DNA from: Fimicolochytrium jonesii | Taxonomy: Eukaryota | DNA: 64,000 bases | Assembly: GCF_025526975.1 (NCBI RefSeq) | Contig: NW_026515692.1 | Span: forward strand, 372,001 to 436,000 | Reading direction: 5' to 3' | Shown: positions 1 to 14,543 of the stretch, one piece after another | Layout of the letters: every line of letters starts with the position of its first letter | Numbering within the stretch: the first letter of the stretch is position 1 | The notes under the pieces: model-generated | Database searches by the model: none | Seen by the model: only the letters and a program-made list of their open reading frames with translations | What the model was told of the DNA's origin: nothing | Translations under genes and position numbers: made by a program

Positions 1-934
1 AGAATAAGACTTTTTTACAGCCAAAGTGAACCATTTGATTAACAAACCCAACCCCTTTGCCTTCGGTGAGTCGGCCTTACCTCCTTAAATCAGGGTCTAC
101 CCTCTCCGCTCGGCAGCTGTCTAACTAGTCTAACCCTAAACCGAGTTACTCACATCTAGCACGAGTTACCCACTTCTAGTCAATCCCGGGAATCTCGGGA
201 CTGTGAATCACATTCACGGTGAGGTGCTTTGCACAAGATGGAGAGGGAGGATTTCGCTTTCATCGGTGTTGGGGAAAATCCATTTTCTGAGGCAAAGGAT
301 TCGAGGGAGAGACGCCGACTAGCGAAGTGGAGACACGTTGGAGGATGGGTCCACTGGTGGTATGTGGCATCGATGTGGCAGACGGATAAGCAAAGGCTCT
401 GGAACACTTCGCAGAAAACGCCTCGTCGTCGGGAGCATTATACCGTACGATCATGACAAAATCCACCGTTTCTGTCGAAGTCAGAAGTGCGGAGGGGGGA
501 GGGTGTGACGTCATGGGTTATGTAACTTTTAGAATTAGAAGGTTCGCCCGGTAACCAGGTTTGCGGCGGTTGCGGCGACATGGGTTAACCATGCACTCAT
601 CATGGACATGGACATATGTTGATTAATCTGATGAGGAGCACAGCCACATTCCGTCGCGTTTCGGCGTTTCGGCAGTTGGGACAATGGCTGGGGGGAGCCT
701 TGGTTGGCTTGGTATTATCATTGGTGGCTGGGGGACGATGAGGAGAGACGAACGGGCGCTTGGCAATGGAACACCTCTTCGTTGACGGAGACACTCGGGC
801 CGCTTGCCAATTGAGAGAAGCTTCGCTTAAAAGAACGTTCGCTCGCAAGAAGGTTCCCCCAACACACGGACTGCACGCCCTGACAGACACCATTCTCCTC
901 CCCACCTACTTACTACTGATCAATCACTCCAGAC

Positions 935-2700
935 ATGCACAGAGTCCGCGGCAGAGCCCAGACAGAGCTGGGAAAGAGCTTCATCAACCCTCTCCGCGCT
1001 TCTTTCCGTTCCTCCCGCTCCTCACCCAACACCGTCTTTTCCTCAAACTCTCCTACCACTACCAACACCACTCCCTCAAACGCTAACCATGCGCCTACCC
1101 ACGGCGCAGATACCGTCATCGACCTCGACTCGACCGATACTGCGGGCGACGCTGCCCGCCGATCGCAGGATATCGGCGGGTCAAAAACTAAGACGCACCA
1201 GCCGCCCGTAGAACATTCCATTCTAGGCCAGATGAAAATCGCCCTGTTCAACTCCTACCTCAACATCCTGCTCGTGCTTGTCCCTGTCGGGATTGCGTTG
1301 CATTTCACGAGCGTTAGCCCCACCATCATTTTCGTCGTCAACTTTATCGCCATCATCCCTCTCGCTGGTTTACTTTGCTTCGCCACCGAAGAGCTCGCGG
1401 GCAGGACAGGCGAAGTGTTCGGCGGGCTCCTGAACGCCACCTTCGGAAACGGTAAGAGAAATTGCTTCATCCACATCGCTGACGCGGAGCACTCCAGCGG
1501 GAAAGCTGATATCAAGTTGGCGCGTCATCACCACATTTAGCCGTCGAGTTGATCGTGGCCGTCATCGCCCTCGCCAAACGCGAAGTCATCGTCGTGCAAA
1601 CCTCAATGGTCGGCTCCATTCTCTCGAACCTCCTGCTCGTGCTCGGCTGCTCCTTCCTTCTCGGCGGCTTCAACCGCTACGAACAGTATTTCAACACCAC
1701 CGTCGCGCAGTCCGCCTCTTCGCTCCTCGCGCTCGCCGTCGCGGCACTCATCATCCCCACAGCGTTCCACATGACGGCGACCTCGGCGGCTCCGAACGTC
1801 GTTAACAGCGGTATCGTCAACCTCAGCCACGCTACCGCGGTCATCTTGCTGCTCGTGTACGCCAGCTACCTCTTGTTTCAACTCAAAACACACGCCCTGC
1901 TGTTCCAGATGCCGAGCCAGAAGGTGCCCAAACGACACGAAATCCACTCCGTAGAACAGTTGACCAATTTGATCCCGTCCTCGGTCGCGTCCGCTAACCC
2001 GAACGTTCGCGCCGGACCTGCGCGGGATGCGCCGGAGGCCGCTGAGAAAGAGCAGCCTGATAATGGGGTGGTGACACGTGAAGGAGAGGCCAATGACAAC
2101 GCTGACGATGACGACGAGGAGGACGCCCCCCAGTTGACCGTCGCCGGCTCCGTCATCCTGCTGACCGTCGTGACAGTCGCTGTAGCCTTCTGCGCCGAGT
2201 TCCTTGTCGACGCTATCGATGAAGTGTGCACGTCCACGGGTATCAGCCGATACTTTGTTGGTCTCATCCTCTTGCCCATCGTCGGTAACGTACGTATCAG
2301 ATATCACCCCTCGTACTCTGCTCATCCGCGTCCATTAGAAACTAACCTCGGCTTCTTTGTACAGGCCGCAGAACACGTAACCTCAATAACGGTAGCCATA
2401 AAAGACAAAATGGACCTCGCCATCGGCGTCGCCATCGGCAGCAGTCTCCAAGTCGCCCTCCTCATCATCCCCCTCATCGTCATCCTCGGCTGGATCATGG
2501 GCATCGAGGAGATGACATTATTCTTCGACGGGTTCCAAGTGATTATATTACTTGTGAGCGTGTTGCTGGTGAATTATCTGATACAGGATGGGAAGAGCAA
2601 TTTTTTGGAGGGGAACTTGCTGATTAGTATGTATCTGATTATTGCGGTTAGTGCGTGGTATTTTCCCGATACGCAGGGGGCGGCTGAGGCGGGGAAGTAG
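935..2700 (+). CDS. VCX1: Vacuolar Ca2+/H+ antiporter (CaCA family, VCX1/CAX-like); 3 exons 935-1451, 1541-2289, 2365-2700
   Basis: Removing GT-AG introns 1452-1540 and 2290-2364 restores both alpha-repeats (LLNATFGN-AVELIV and LPIVGN-AAEH). Also GSILSNLLLVLG, an acidic loop and multiple TM helices. Start codon uncertain. Confidence 0.93.
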
Positions 2701-4122
2701 GGAGATAGGAAGTAGGGTTTGAGAGAAATTTCAATAGATATCAGGGATTGTTAACCGCAACCCGCTCCCGTTTTGTTCATTCGCACCCACTGCCGTTAAT
2801 CACACCCATCTGGACAGTGGGTAGATATACGATTCCTTCCTGTTTCATTTCATTTCTGGATTAATCACTGCATTCCCTCTTTCGACGTCGCGGGTGTTTG
2901 GTGCATGCGCTAGATGAGCTTCATACGGACAAGAGTATTGCTTCGCGGTTTGCCGTCTCGGAGAGAGAGGGATGGAGAGGAGGGTTCTGACGCGTTTGTC
3001 GTGCATGCACTCCGCTTTCCAACCCTCGCCCTGAAACCCCCATTGCCAAATCCCATCACCGAAAACATCAGTAACCCCCCTACAACAATAGCGAACCGCA
3101 GCCTACGTGCGGAGACCAGCGAGAGAAAGATACCAGGTCGGCGAACACGCATGATGAGACGAGAGACATGGGCGCCGGTCAGGGACAACGCAGGACCAGG
3201 ATATTCAAAGCCGGACAGACCAGGGTTGGAGCAATCTGGCATGGACGGACCCAGGGGTGCAGGAGACTCTGCCCATTGAACGAGTTTCGCAATTTCGAAA
3301 CAATGGATGCAAGCGGCTGGGGATACCTTCTACTTGCATCCCAAAACGAGCAAAAGGAGCACATGCACTCCCCTCTTCGCGTTCGCAGATGGGTTCCGGA
3401 CACTATACTCATACCATCCTCGGCCATACCCCTGCACACCCAACAAACGCTATCCAAATACGAAACCGCGGCGTTCACGGAACTTCCTGCAACCCGGGGA
3501 CTGGATTGTGGGAATTTCCTGGGGACACGTATTGGGTTGGGTTGTGGTGGTGTTTGCCGACGGATGGTGTGGGGCTTGTCTCCCTTATTTGCCGGAAGCA
3601 GGTGTGGGGGAAGAATGTACGCTGGCCGGCATCTGCCATCAGGTGGATTATGGGGAACGATACTGGAGCAGCAAGCGCACCCAGCTGGGGTCGATTTGAT
3701 GGATCGAGAGCAACGAAACGACACTATAGCGCCGGTGTCAGCATCCGAAGCATAACAGCAGCGTACAGCTGCAACTCACACAGGACACGAGCAGAAGGAA
3801 AGAGCAGAGGTACAAGCGCCAGAACGAGAGGGCCAAGTAGCGAACGCACCCGCGGGTGCTACGGTGAGCCGAAATGGTACGTAGCAAGCCGCATATATCT
3901 TTTTTGCTCTTATACAGTCACCTCGCAAAAAGCCGTGCCCCCCGTCTAATTGACATCAATATTGGTCACTCACGTGCATTTGAGACCTCTTGAGACCTCC
4001 GAGACCTCTTTCTCGCGCTCTCTTCTTCCAACCTCAGCACACGCCGAGAAGCACACACACGCCTACACAAGAAGCCACAAGAACAACCCCGACAACCCGC
4101 AACCACAACAACAACACCAAAC

Positions 4123-4946
4123 ATGCCCAAAGCCCCACTCACGTCCACCCGCTCTGGTGCTGGTGCGGGCGGGGGCAAAGACGATCGAAACTATTTGTGC
4201 CTTGCACCCGGAGGCGCCTGCGTCGTGTGTGGGGCCACCACGTCCGCTGCCTGGAGGACGGGCATTGTCGGTGGCGTTAAGACATCCCGTGCGGCTTGCA
4301 ACAAGTGTGGGCGTGCAAAAGCCTATCTCGACGCCATTGCAGCCATCCCTGGCAAACCCGTGGTCCCTCCCAACCGTAGCGCAACTTCTGGAACCCACAC
4401 TTGAGATGGAAAAAAACCCCTCCCACATATTTTTTCGAAAGCCCCGATTCCTACAAGAAAGAAGCCACAAAAAGAGAGGCCTGGCAAGCAGCCTGACGCG
4501 ATATACTGAGAGAGACTTGCGTTTGTACAAAATGCCAAACCCCTATACCCAACAACAGCGAGTTTGTTACGTGCGAGGAGTGTCTAGAAGAGGAGCGCGC
4601 ATTGGTGCGGACTCGGAACTATGTAAGCTATCCAGGTGCACAATTTTGGTGGAACTTGCTCCATCCCAAGAAATCGTGCTTCGACAGCGACCTGTTACCT
4701 GCCCTTTCTCACGGTCGATAGGCTAACTCTCTGGTCCCTCTGTTCATTCATTAGAAGACGGAAATGGAGGGAGCCATGGGGAAGCATGCAGGCCGCATGG
4801 ACGTCCACGCTTTGGATCTTGCAGCAAAAGGCGTTGCTCTCCAATTCCCCGACTGGCCGCGTGAGCAGAGGTTACAGTATGTGTATCGGATTGCTATTCA
4901 TGGCATAGCTCGAAAGACCGCTTACATTTGCTTGCATACCGCCTGA
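4123..4946 (+). pseudogene. GATA-type zinc-finger protein, apparently frameshifted
   Basis: ORF 4123-4404 has CVVCGATTSAAWRTG...AACNKCG (C-x2-C-x22-C-x2-C with GATA-like TxxxWRxG and CNxCG). Coding-like sequence continues in another frame and past a GTAAGC donor near 4623. Confidence 0.5.
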
Positions 4947-7080
4947 GGTTCTGCGAGAGTTGTGCGTCGAAGGGCCACGGCATGAAATGAAGGATGGAGC
5001 AATGTTTCGCCGGAGGTCCGGAATATTGATGTGGTCGACTTGATTTGCATCTACCGGACTTGGATTGCCGCAGGGTTTTTGGTCTGTTTGGCAGAATAGG
5101 CAGGTCATTGACGACCAACGGATCTGCGTACATTCATGCCGGGTTTGCGACTAGCACACTATGCGACTCAGGGCCCGCGGGGGGTGCAATGTGAGCAACG
5201 TTCTCGGCCCGGACATCCGCGGGAAATGGTTTGGAGACACGTTTGCTGTACGCCAGCCCAGTGGCGGTTTCAGGCAATCTTTTGAATTTCGGCTTTCGGG
5301 ATACTTTGATGTGTCGTGCAAGTGAAAAGGAGCTCCCGGCTCCAGCTAGTGCTCCTGCCAATGCCATGCGTCTCTGTCACCGCCCGGCCCCACGGTGAAA
5401 AAGGTAGGCATGGCGTAGAGGATCGATCGAAGGCTGTGGCGTGGCTCTCACCCAAGACTGAAAAACAGCTCGAGGAGGAGAAGCGCTACACCCACCGCGA
5501 AAAGAGGGACCGGGTCAATACTGGGAAGATCAGACAACGTGGATTGGGAAGCCTTCCCGATTGGACTTTTGCGCCGGGGGCCAAAGATAAACCGCTAGAC
5601 TGGAAAGACAGCTCAAGGAGCAGAAGCGCTTCGCCTGTTGAGAGAATGGACGCCTCCAGGTTCAGGCACGCGAGCTCTTTACGGATAAAGCTTTTCGGCT
5701 GGTCGGTGTCTTCCGTGCCGATCTGGATGGTCACATGCCAGATTAGGCTAGCGTACCGAGCTGACATCGATTTGGAGATCACTTATCGAAAAAAATTCGA
5801 CGATGCATATCGGGCACCACTGACCCGCGGGTGCTTCAAGTCTTCCGGATGCGAAAAATACTCCAAGTCTTTGCGGGTGGCGGGTTATATGCGATTGTAA
5901 AGGCGGCACGGTCAAACTGTGGCCACTGCTGGGTGGATCTCAAAACATCATAATGTCCCCCAGATGATGGCGCTTGTCGTCCCGGGATGAAAAGTACCTC
6001 AAACTGGGAGCCAGCGGTCAACCCAAGGATTGAAAGTGCCCCGCCCTGCGAAAAGAAGGAGCGGATGAAACCAGCGTGACAACTGGAGGAGCGCTCGGTC
6101 GCTTCAGAACTACCCGAGTGCAAATGGTTTTGGAAGATTGAGAGGACCGCGGGTTTTGACTGACCTCTTCGCGACAAAGAGGAGTGGAATTGGCAGCTCC
6201 ACTGATCGGTGCCGCAGTGGGAGTGCCGGGGGTGACTACGGTCTTCGTCAGTACATGGGACTACCCCGGGGATCACATCTCGAAAAAGGGCTGTGTCACA
6301 TTGGGCCTCTTGCACAACCCCGGAGCTCCTTTGGGTTCGCGACGATGATACAGCGGCTCTGGAGTGAGACCAACCGTGCAAGAAGAGTGAGCCGTGCACT
6401 TCTACCGAGGGACGGCGCATCGCACGACACAACAGTCCTCGATATGGAAGAAGATTGGGACAACGACTACAATACGGCTCCGCCACAGACGATGAATTCC
6501 CGAGCCTAAACAGCGTTGCTCAAGAATAGACATCCCGAGCACTGTTGACCTGAACGGGCGGGATCCAGGAAAGACGCACGACGGATCTTCGCGGTGGGCG
6601 CAAATGGACCGGCTTCGTACCGCGGCGGGTTTGCAGTTTCCATCCTCCGGCTTCTGTCCGCCGTACCCAGGAGCCCGGGGATGGATATTGTCGAACACGT
6701 AGGCGTCAATGTCCGGCAGTGGTCGACGCACACTGCAGATCTTGGACGAGGGGATGGCGAACTCGGCTGGGTGCCTCAATGGGGCTGCGCTATACCCTTA
6801 CCGATGGGCATTGCGATGATAGCAGGCGTCCGAAATTCACCCGCAAATCTGAATTGCCAACGGGAAAAATTGACCAGCGATTGAATGGGCTGAAATTGAC
6901 ATAGCAGCTTACCGCGGTTTTTCCAATTTCGGAGTCTGGGGAGGATTGCGGGAATCATGCGGTGACCTTCATACCTTTCGGGAGTTCATCAGCATTAAGG
7001 GCCCAATTGAGGAGGTATACTCCCCAAAGAGCATGCTTCACTGGAACGGCGGGAAGGCCGTCGGAGAAATCTACCCGCCC

Positions 7081-7190
7081 GGGAACAGGAGAGGCAGAGG
7101 GAGCGGGAGTGGCAGAGGGAATAGGAGAGGGAGAGGCAGAGGCAGAGGGAGATGCAGAGGGAACAGGAGATGCAGAGGGAGCAGGAGATT
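7081..7190 (+). repeat. Purine-rich imperfect tandem repeat (GGCAGAGGGA-like units)
   Basis: Directly visible; translates as GEAEGAG.. or RGRG.. low complexity. Confidence 0.7.
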
Positions 7191-10100
7191 ACATTAGGCG
7201 GTAAAAGCAATGGCTGGAAAAAGCACTCCCTAGCGATGAGTGTCCGACAAGTATGCACGCAGCCAAGGAGTTTTTGGCGTCGATGGGTAGGAATAGGACG
7301 CTTTGACCCCGGCTGAGTGGAGAACCACGCCTGCGGAGAACCGCGGACATGTCTGATCGAGAGCGCAGGGCGTTTCGATGCTACATCCGTCACTGGATGC
7401 CGTCCTGAGGACGTCGAGTGTGACCTTCCACGGTGTACTCATCCTACGCGGAGATGCTGATTGTCGAGCTCTGTGCGAGGTCGACAAGACCTGTTTCTGT
7501 GACGAGCGGCTTGGCTGCCAAGATTTTCCCGCGTTCGGGATTCAGCGTCCCGGGCACATCCGCTTGTCGTGAAGAAGGGCATCTGGTTTGCGAATAACTT
7601 GGGGAAGATCGCTTTGACCCCGATCCGATTCCGAAAAGAGCAACTATCGAAATTCTCCTTTTGGGCGAGGACTTCACAAATGATGGCGCCATGGGGTGGT
7701 CATTCGTAGAGGTCCTGTAGAGGGATGCAGCTTGCTCTCTGCACTTCTTTGTTTTATGGGGAATCCGAAGCCATGGACCTTTATGGTCGACGTTCTCAAC
7801 TCCGCGAATTGTCGTCATCGCTTAGGGATTTGTCATCATCGCCGTGTATGTACTGTACTCGCGAACGACCGTAGATTCCAACTCTTCGTCACAGCGCACA
7901 GTAGGCATCAGCATCGGCAAGTCAGAATGTCTCTCACCTCTGCTTTACGATGGTTAACCAGACCATTTACCGTGCCCGAGACCGAGACCGAGACCGAGAC
8001 CGAAGTCGAGAAGGGGGTCGAGAAGGCGGTCGTGGAGGAAGCCGAGGAGGTGGTGCAATTACAACATACATTGGACGACGCCAAAGTCGTAAGTTCTTAC
8101 CTGATTCCCCTCTTGGAGGACGACGAAATTGCCGCCGTTGTGTGAGGTCGGAGGGTTCCTCGAAGGACAGGATCTACCATCTGAAGCCGCCGTTCCTCAT
8201 GCGAGAGGACCTTCAAGGCGACTCTCGGGACCATGAGAAGCGTCTCGGTCGTATCGAGAACGCGGGAAGGACCAGGGACGGACGGATGTCGTTCGGTGGA
8301 TCAATGACTTCATGAGGTTCACAAAAGATGTCAGGAAGGGCAAGGGCAAGGGCCTGATGATATTCCTCTGCTTCGGTCGATCATTATGCAAACCGACCGG
8401 GTAACACGCCCATGGACTACCGCGATAGTGATGTCAGAGATTTCCCCACTCGCTTATCAGTGCTACTGTACAGTACAACTCGGCGCACTACGATATGCTC
8501 AACCACTTCTACGTAAACATGTTCGAGAATAACGAACGCCGTCCAAGCTTCCTGACGCTCATGCATCACATGGCCATCGCAGCTCGACAACCTGTTCCTC
8601 CGAAAGGCATGGCGCTCGTCATCGATTCTCTGGGTGTCATCCCAGTGCTGTGATGGGAATACATGGAAGTCATCCGCCCTGCAATGTGCCAATCCAAAAT
8701 CATCATCCACAGTAGCGTTGGACGACCGTTGTATCTGAAGCTGGAAGTGGCACTAGAGCTGTCGGCGTGGCTCATGGATTTGCGGCAGGGGAGTACAACG
8801 CACTGAGCCCTGACGGGAAGTACTTCGCCGATATGTTCCGCGAGCTCCAGCGTAGGCGGATGCGGCAGGAGGGCGAGGGAATACGCGGCGGCCGAAGAGA
8901 AGGTAGATCGGACAATCCCGCCTATTGAGGTTGCGAGGGCTGCGAGGGACGTGAGAACCTCCAACTGTAGACTGTTTGTATAGTTGTTCTGGTGTTAGGA
9001 TTGTATTTTCGTAGGTAGGCAGGCAGAATTTGGATGATGAAAGTGATGGTATGTTTTGATGTACACCATTCGATTACAACATCCATTCGATTACAACATA
9101 CAAGAAGTAATGTCGCATATCTTGCGATGCACGCAGGTCCGTGTGCCATCGCGGGTGGGAATAGCTAAATACCTGATGCTGATCTTTGTTCTTTACCTAT
9201 ACCCATATACCTGTGCCCCATCATCCTCAAGCGTGTGAAGAAAGCGTGTGAAGCGCTTCTCATCCTCAAGGGGCGCCTTAGACCATCGGGCCATAGAACC
9301 CTCTGGCGAACCGCAAAAACAACACATTATATCTCCATTCCTTTCCCACCCCCGTGCTCCCTCCTCAGCCTCCTTGCCCACGTTGAATTGTTCCAGCAAC
9401 TCCATGAGCCAACAATCTGACCCTACGACCCTACAACCCTACGCACATCTGACTGCACTTTGCAAACCCATTGTCAATCAAGCAGCCGTCTATCGGGCGA
9501 GCAGTCACAGATGATTGGGCATTGGACTGTCGGTGTAAAAGTCCATCGACTCCCGGGTCATAGAGGATGTTGAGCGGACGAGCCAAGGAACGGGTAATGT
9601 TTCTCGAAGAAAACAGAACCCTGGCAGGAATCCTTGCAATCTTCGATCAGCTGCTGTTTTTGTTGCTGCACAATATCCCATTGCCTTTTCCCATGTTGAA
9701 CGGAGCCCGATGTGGTTGCGATTGGGTCACATCTGCTTGGGAGAAGCGCGATTCAAACAGGCAAGTCGAACAGACCAAGTCTGCCACATAACAGGGTAAC
9801 CTCAAACCCTTGCAGTATCCCGCAGGTGGAGCAATCCCACCCTTCGACGCTCCTGCAGGGGAGTGAGAGGAGAGGGGATAGGGGGCGAAACGTGGCTTTA
9901 CTTCCTTTTGCTACCTGGAGCTCCAAGTGCCTGATGAACGCGCTGTCGAATTCTGTCATTCGCCAAAATGTTAACCCCCGATCGTTGAGAGACCACAAAG
10001 GCAACCACTTTTTTCCTTCTGTCTCTGCATCTGGCGTGGAATCTTCAGGCTGCCCAGCATTCGTCGCAACTCGGTATACGACGTACTCGCACAAGGTGGG

Positions 10101-10417
10101 TGACGCACCTGACGTAGTATGCGTCGTATGCGTAGTATGCGTGCCAGGTGCAGGGGCCCCAGTTGCTGCCCCGCAGTCCCACTCGAGCCGCCGACGATCG
10201 CCTTCCCCACTCAGGCTGATCCACCCCGCCCCACCACCACAGGCTCATCCAAAGCCACTATCGGATACATACTACAGCGGAAGGAGAGTGAACGTGCAGA
10301 TATCACCAGGTAAGTGGGCCTATAAAGGCTGTTTGCCCGAGCTGGTCACTCTTCTTCCAGCACCCCGTTCCTGAATCCTACAAACTACACCTGGGAACCT
10401 CCCCGACAACAACCGCA

Positions 10418-12022
10418 ATGGACGCCCATCACCACGACATGCCAAATATATCTGGAGTCTTCCAAATGGAAGCTCTGCGCTATGTGCGCACCGGGCATCC
10501 GCTACTAGACGCCCTCCTCTTCTCACTCTTCACGTTCCTGCTATCCAAACTTTTCAACTCCGCCCAGTACATTGCGTTCATACAACAGTGGTGTCGGCGA
10601 GCGCAGTTGAACAAACCGCAAATCACCTACGTGATCGAAAGCCAACAACCGGTCAGCGAAGCGAGCGAGGATTCGTATAGAGACGGGGTCCCAAACAAGC
10701 TGTACTTTGCGCTTGCCTGGTATCTGCGAAAGAACAACGCCATCAAGGGCTACGCCGACTCGTACAAAGTCGTGGCGAAGGATTTCTATGGCGGCGAGGG
10801 CGAGGATGTGGACGAATGTGTCTTGATTCCCACTGCCGATTTCACCATAGATCACAAAGGGATTCTCATCTCTGGACGATACAATCACTCAGAGGACGAC
10901 GCCGGGAAGCTTGTTAAAGACGCATTTGAGCTGAGCATAGATCACGACCTGGCGACAGAGATGGACCCGTTTCTGCAAGGCGTGGTGCGGGCGTTCAAGG
11001 CGTATACGAGGAAGGTACAGAGCGGTCAGAAGATTTTTACGCTCACAAGTCAGTACAACAACGACGACAAGCTGCATTGGATTTCGAATGACTTCCACTG
11101 CAGGACGTCGCTTTCCAACATCATCTTGAAAGATCATTTTGAGGAAGATCTAGGTAATGACATTGATACATTTCTTGCAAGTCGAGAACTGCACAACAAG
11201 GTATGTCAGCCACATGAGTTCCCCGTGCTTCCGCGATGTTCTCGGTTTTAACATGCATCGGTATTTTCGCTGCAGCTTGGAAAATGCTGGAAACGCGGCT
11301 ACCTGTTCTACGGACCTCCGGGAACGGGCAAAACATCACTAGTCAAAGCCATCGCCAGCAAAACACAGTACGACATTTACAACGTAAAACTTTCCCGCTT
11401 CAAATCCGACATCAACATGGAAACTCTTCTACGGACCATCCCCAGCAAGTCCATTGTTCTCTTCGAAGACGTCGACTGCATGGGCACCGTGGTGCACAAG
11501 CGATCATCGGGGGTGGAGACCACGGAACCGGACGCCTTGAAAAGCGATGGAAGCGGCGCATCGGATGCAGCATCGGAACCAGTATCAAGGAAGAAGAAAT
11601 CAGCCAAACAGAAGTCGGAAAAGAAGAAGCCGCCCCTCAACCGCCAAGGCCCAACCCTCTCCACCCTCCTCAACTTCCTCGACGGCATCAACAGTCCCGA
11701 AGGCATCATCGTGCTCATGACCACCAACCACGTCGAGAAGCTAGACCCGGCCCTGCTCCGCGACGGGCGCATCGATTTCAGGATCCCCCTCGACCACTGC
11801 ACACGGCAGCAGATTCGGGATCTTGCGGAGCGGTACATTGGCGTAAGGCCCGCCGAAGAGGATCTGGCGGGTGTACCGGATTATAGCTTGAGCCCAGCGA
11901 CGGTTACGAAGGTGTTGACGGAGTTGGCGTTTCAGCAGATGAAATGCCCGACGGCGGGGGATGGTGAGACATTACGGCCTGTTCTAAAGAAGCTGCTGCT
12001 GGCAGAGCTTTCAAGCAGATGA
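10418..12022 (+). CDS. BCS1-like AAA+ ATPase; exons 10418-11200 and 11276-12022
   Basis: Intron 11201-11275 (GTATGT..CTGCAG) gives WKRGYLFYGPPGTGKTS (Walker A), IVLFEDVD (Walker B), TLSTLLNFLDG and MTTNHVEKLDPALLRDGRID. N-terminal TM segment. Confidence 0.92.
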
Positions 12023-14543
12023 CGGAGCCACGACACACACATATATATAGATTTTTATTGGGGCTGCAAGTTTGTCATATCTTTCTGACACGCTAATCCT
12101 ACTTGTACATGTACATACATCTATTTATTATTCAATCGCAAATACGAGGCTGAGATGAAATCGCTCGGCATCACAGAACTGTCATCATCGCACACGGACG
12201 GCCCCACGGCATATATTCATTTAGCGCACTGGTATCGTTATCAACGACATGGTGTGCGGGCCGTCTCTCGAAGGCGGTGCCCACGATTTATATATAAACC
12301 TGCGATGCCGTCCGGCTTGCTCGCCACCTTGACAACGGGTAGTCCGGGGTCGTCATCTTCCGGATCTCATAATGATATCTCACATCAACCAACACCTACT
12401 GCGTGCCAATTTCGGAGCCATTTCTCCCGTTTCGCGCATAGTGTAAATGTGTTGGGAGCCAACCTTTACTGAAATGTGCTCCCCGCGGATCCACGTCTCG
12501 CCAACCTCGCATACTCATATCGGCTCATCCAAACAAGCTATGACATTCAAACGACCCGTGTATCCGTCCATCCAACATCTTCCCGCGCAGCGTCGCGTCA
12601 CTCCCTCCCGACACGGAATGCGAGCCCAGCGATTGAAACCGCCAGGCTCAAATTCCTCGTTTGGGAAGCATTGACAAGCGGGTGATGTTACGATTGTGCG
12701 TGTTCTTTGGATACCCTCAGCGACCATCATTTTGTCAAATACGTCGTTGAAGATTTCTGTGTCGAGGGAGTGGGGAGGAGTGCCCTTCGGGGAGGGCGGC
12801 GAAGCTGTTTGTAACGTTCAAGAGTGCGTAGGCAAGAAGTGTTGACAGCACATAAGGGATTTGGTAAGTACTCCCTGCCAAGTAATTCCTTCACCCAGTC
12901 GAATGCCTCTTCGCGAATCCGTAAAGATCTAGAGGACAGCGGTCCTTGTCCGGAGCACACTGTCCGTCCGTCCTCTGCCGCACTCGGACGCGACGTCGAA
13001 CGGGACGCGTTACATAAGCACAAAACGCGTCGGGGGAAAGTTCCCCAACTCCTCGCGCGTCAGACTTGGGAATCCGGCGCCTAGCTTAACAAAGCGAGGC
13101 CCAGCGAGACCCTTGTGTTCCTCAGCTCCTCCTTCTAAAGGAATGCGTTGCCTCTCAAAGGAGAGCTTAACATCCCTTTTGACGAATATAAATGACAGCG
13201 CCACGATGAGACCAGAGCCATAGGAGGCGTGGCGCACAACCACGAGACGGCGCGGCATGGTATGCCAGAGAGAATCTGCGCCTTCCGAGCATTGGGCCCT
13301 GCATAACTGAATTTCATCCTATCCATCTCCGGTAACAGATGTTCACCATCAGAAGATGGATCAGCGAGTCGAGGATATTAGAATTAATCCAGGTCGCACT
13401 AAGCAGGGCATGCGGTGGCGCGAAGTAGATCTTGACTGAGCTCTCTGTCACTGTGACATACTTAGCGGCGGAGACCTGTTCGGTCTCGTTTCATTGCATA
13501 GATGCGCTTATACTTTTGCAATAGCGGCCTGCCTCCTTTGTCTTGCGTAAGTTCCTCAACCCTAAAATGATGGCCCGTGCGCCAGTAGTCTTTGAGCTGT
13601 TGCGGATCCAGCGTGCGGTTATGGGCTCACTTCCTTTCAGTGTATGCCGAGAGATGGAGCGACAGAGTGTGTTCAAATTGTTCGACCGCTTACTCTATGG
13701 GCGGTTACCAGTGGGTTGGAGGAAACCTGATGACATGTGTGGGAATCAGGGTGGTTGGTCCCTCTCCACGGACGCCTTCAAATGTGGCTTTCCACTCGGA
13801 AGGAACCGCTTTGCGAGCCCCTGTGCCTCTTGAAAACCCGCCACCCTCTCCAGAGCAGATGGAGGTTAAGAAAAGAGGACAACAAACGGGATGCAAAAAC
13901 AAGCAAGTCCATTTTGACACCCTCCGACCACACGTCATCCTCCGTTCTTCAAGAAGTGGGCAAACCCCACCCCGAGGCCCATCCTTCGTCAACCTCACAC
14001 CACTCTCCGGTCGCCCCTCCAACATTCCAGTTCTCAGAACACTTCCGCCCTGCGCGACGTCCGTGACCAGTTTGGGGCCGAAGTCTCCGGGATTGCATTT
14101 GCTCACTTTCTGCCGGGATGGCTGTGAAGAACGAGCGGAGTTCGCGTCACGCGTTTCAAACTTGCGCGAGCCGTAAGCAAAACGCGCTCGGGGATGGACC
14201 GACAGCTCGTTCCCGTCATTCCGATTGTTCCCCGCGGTCATCGCCCCCCCGAAGAGGAGCCCAACAGACGCTTCGACGCAGACAAGGCTTTGCCAAAATC
14301 GAAGATGGGATATCTCTCTGGCAGGCGTCGGAGTTGCGTAAACGCGCGAGGTAAGCACCAAAACGCGTCGGCTCGCTTATCACAACATGCCGATAGACGC
14401 ACGAGGGTGCTTGTCTCAATAACGATGGCATGGCAGCATTTTGGTCGCACCTGGACAGCCAGCAACAGGTTCGCTTTGTTCAGAAAAGTAGAGAGAAAGT
14501 ACATATAGAAGTGTAAAGAACACTGTGCGATGTGCGACGCCCA

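Noticed and set aside
1603..2325. Long antisense ORFs over VCX1 (and similarly over other GC-rich genes)
   Set aside because: Shadow frames caused by codon bias of the real genes.
5300..10300. Numerous 60-220 aa ORFs
   Set aside because: No recognisable motifs, overlapping frames and low complexity; probably decayed or spurious.
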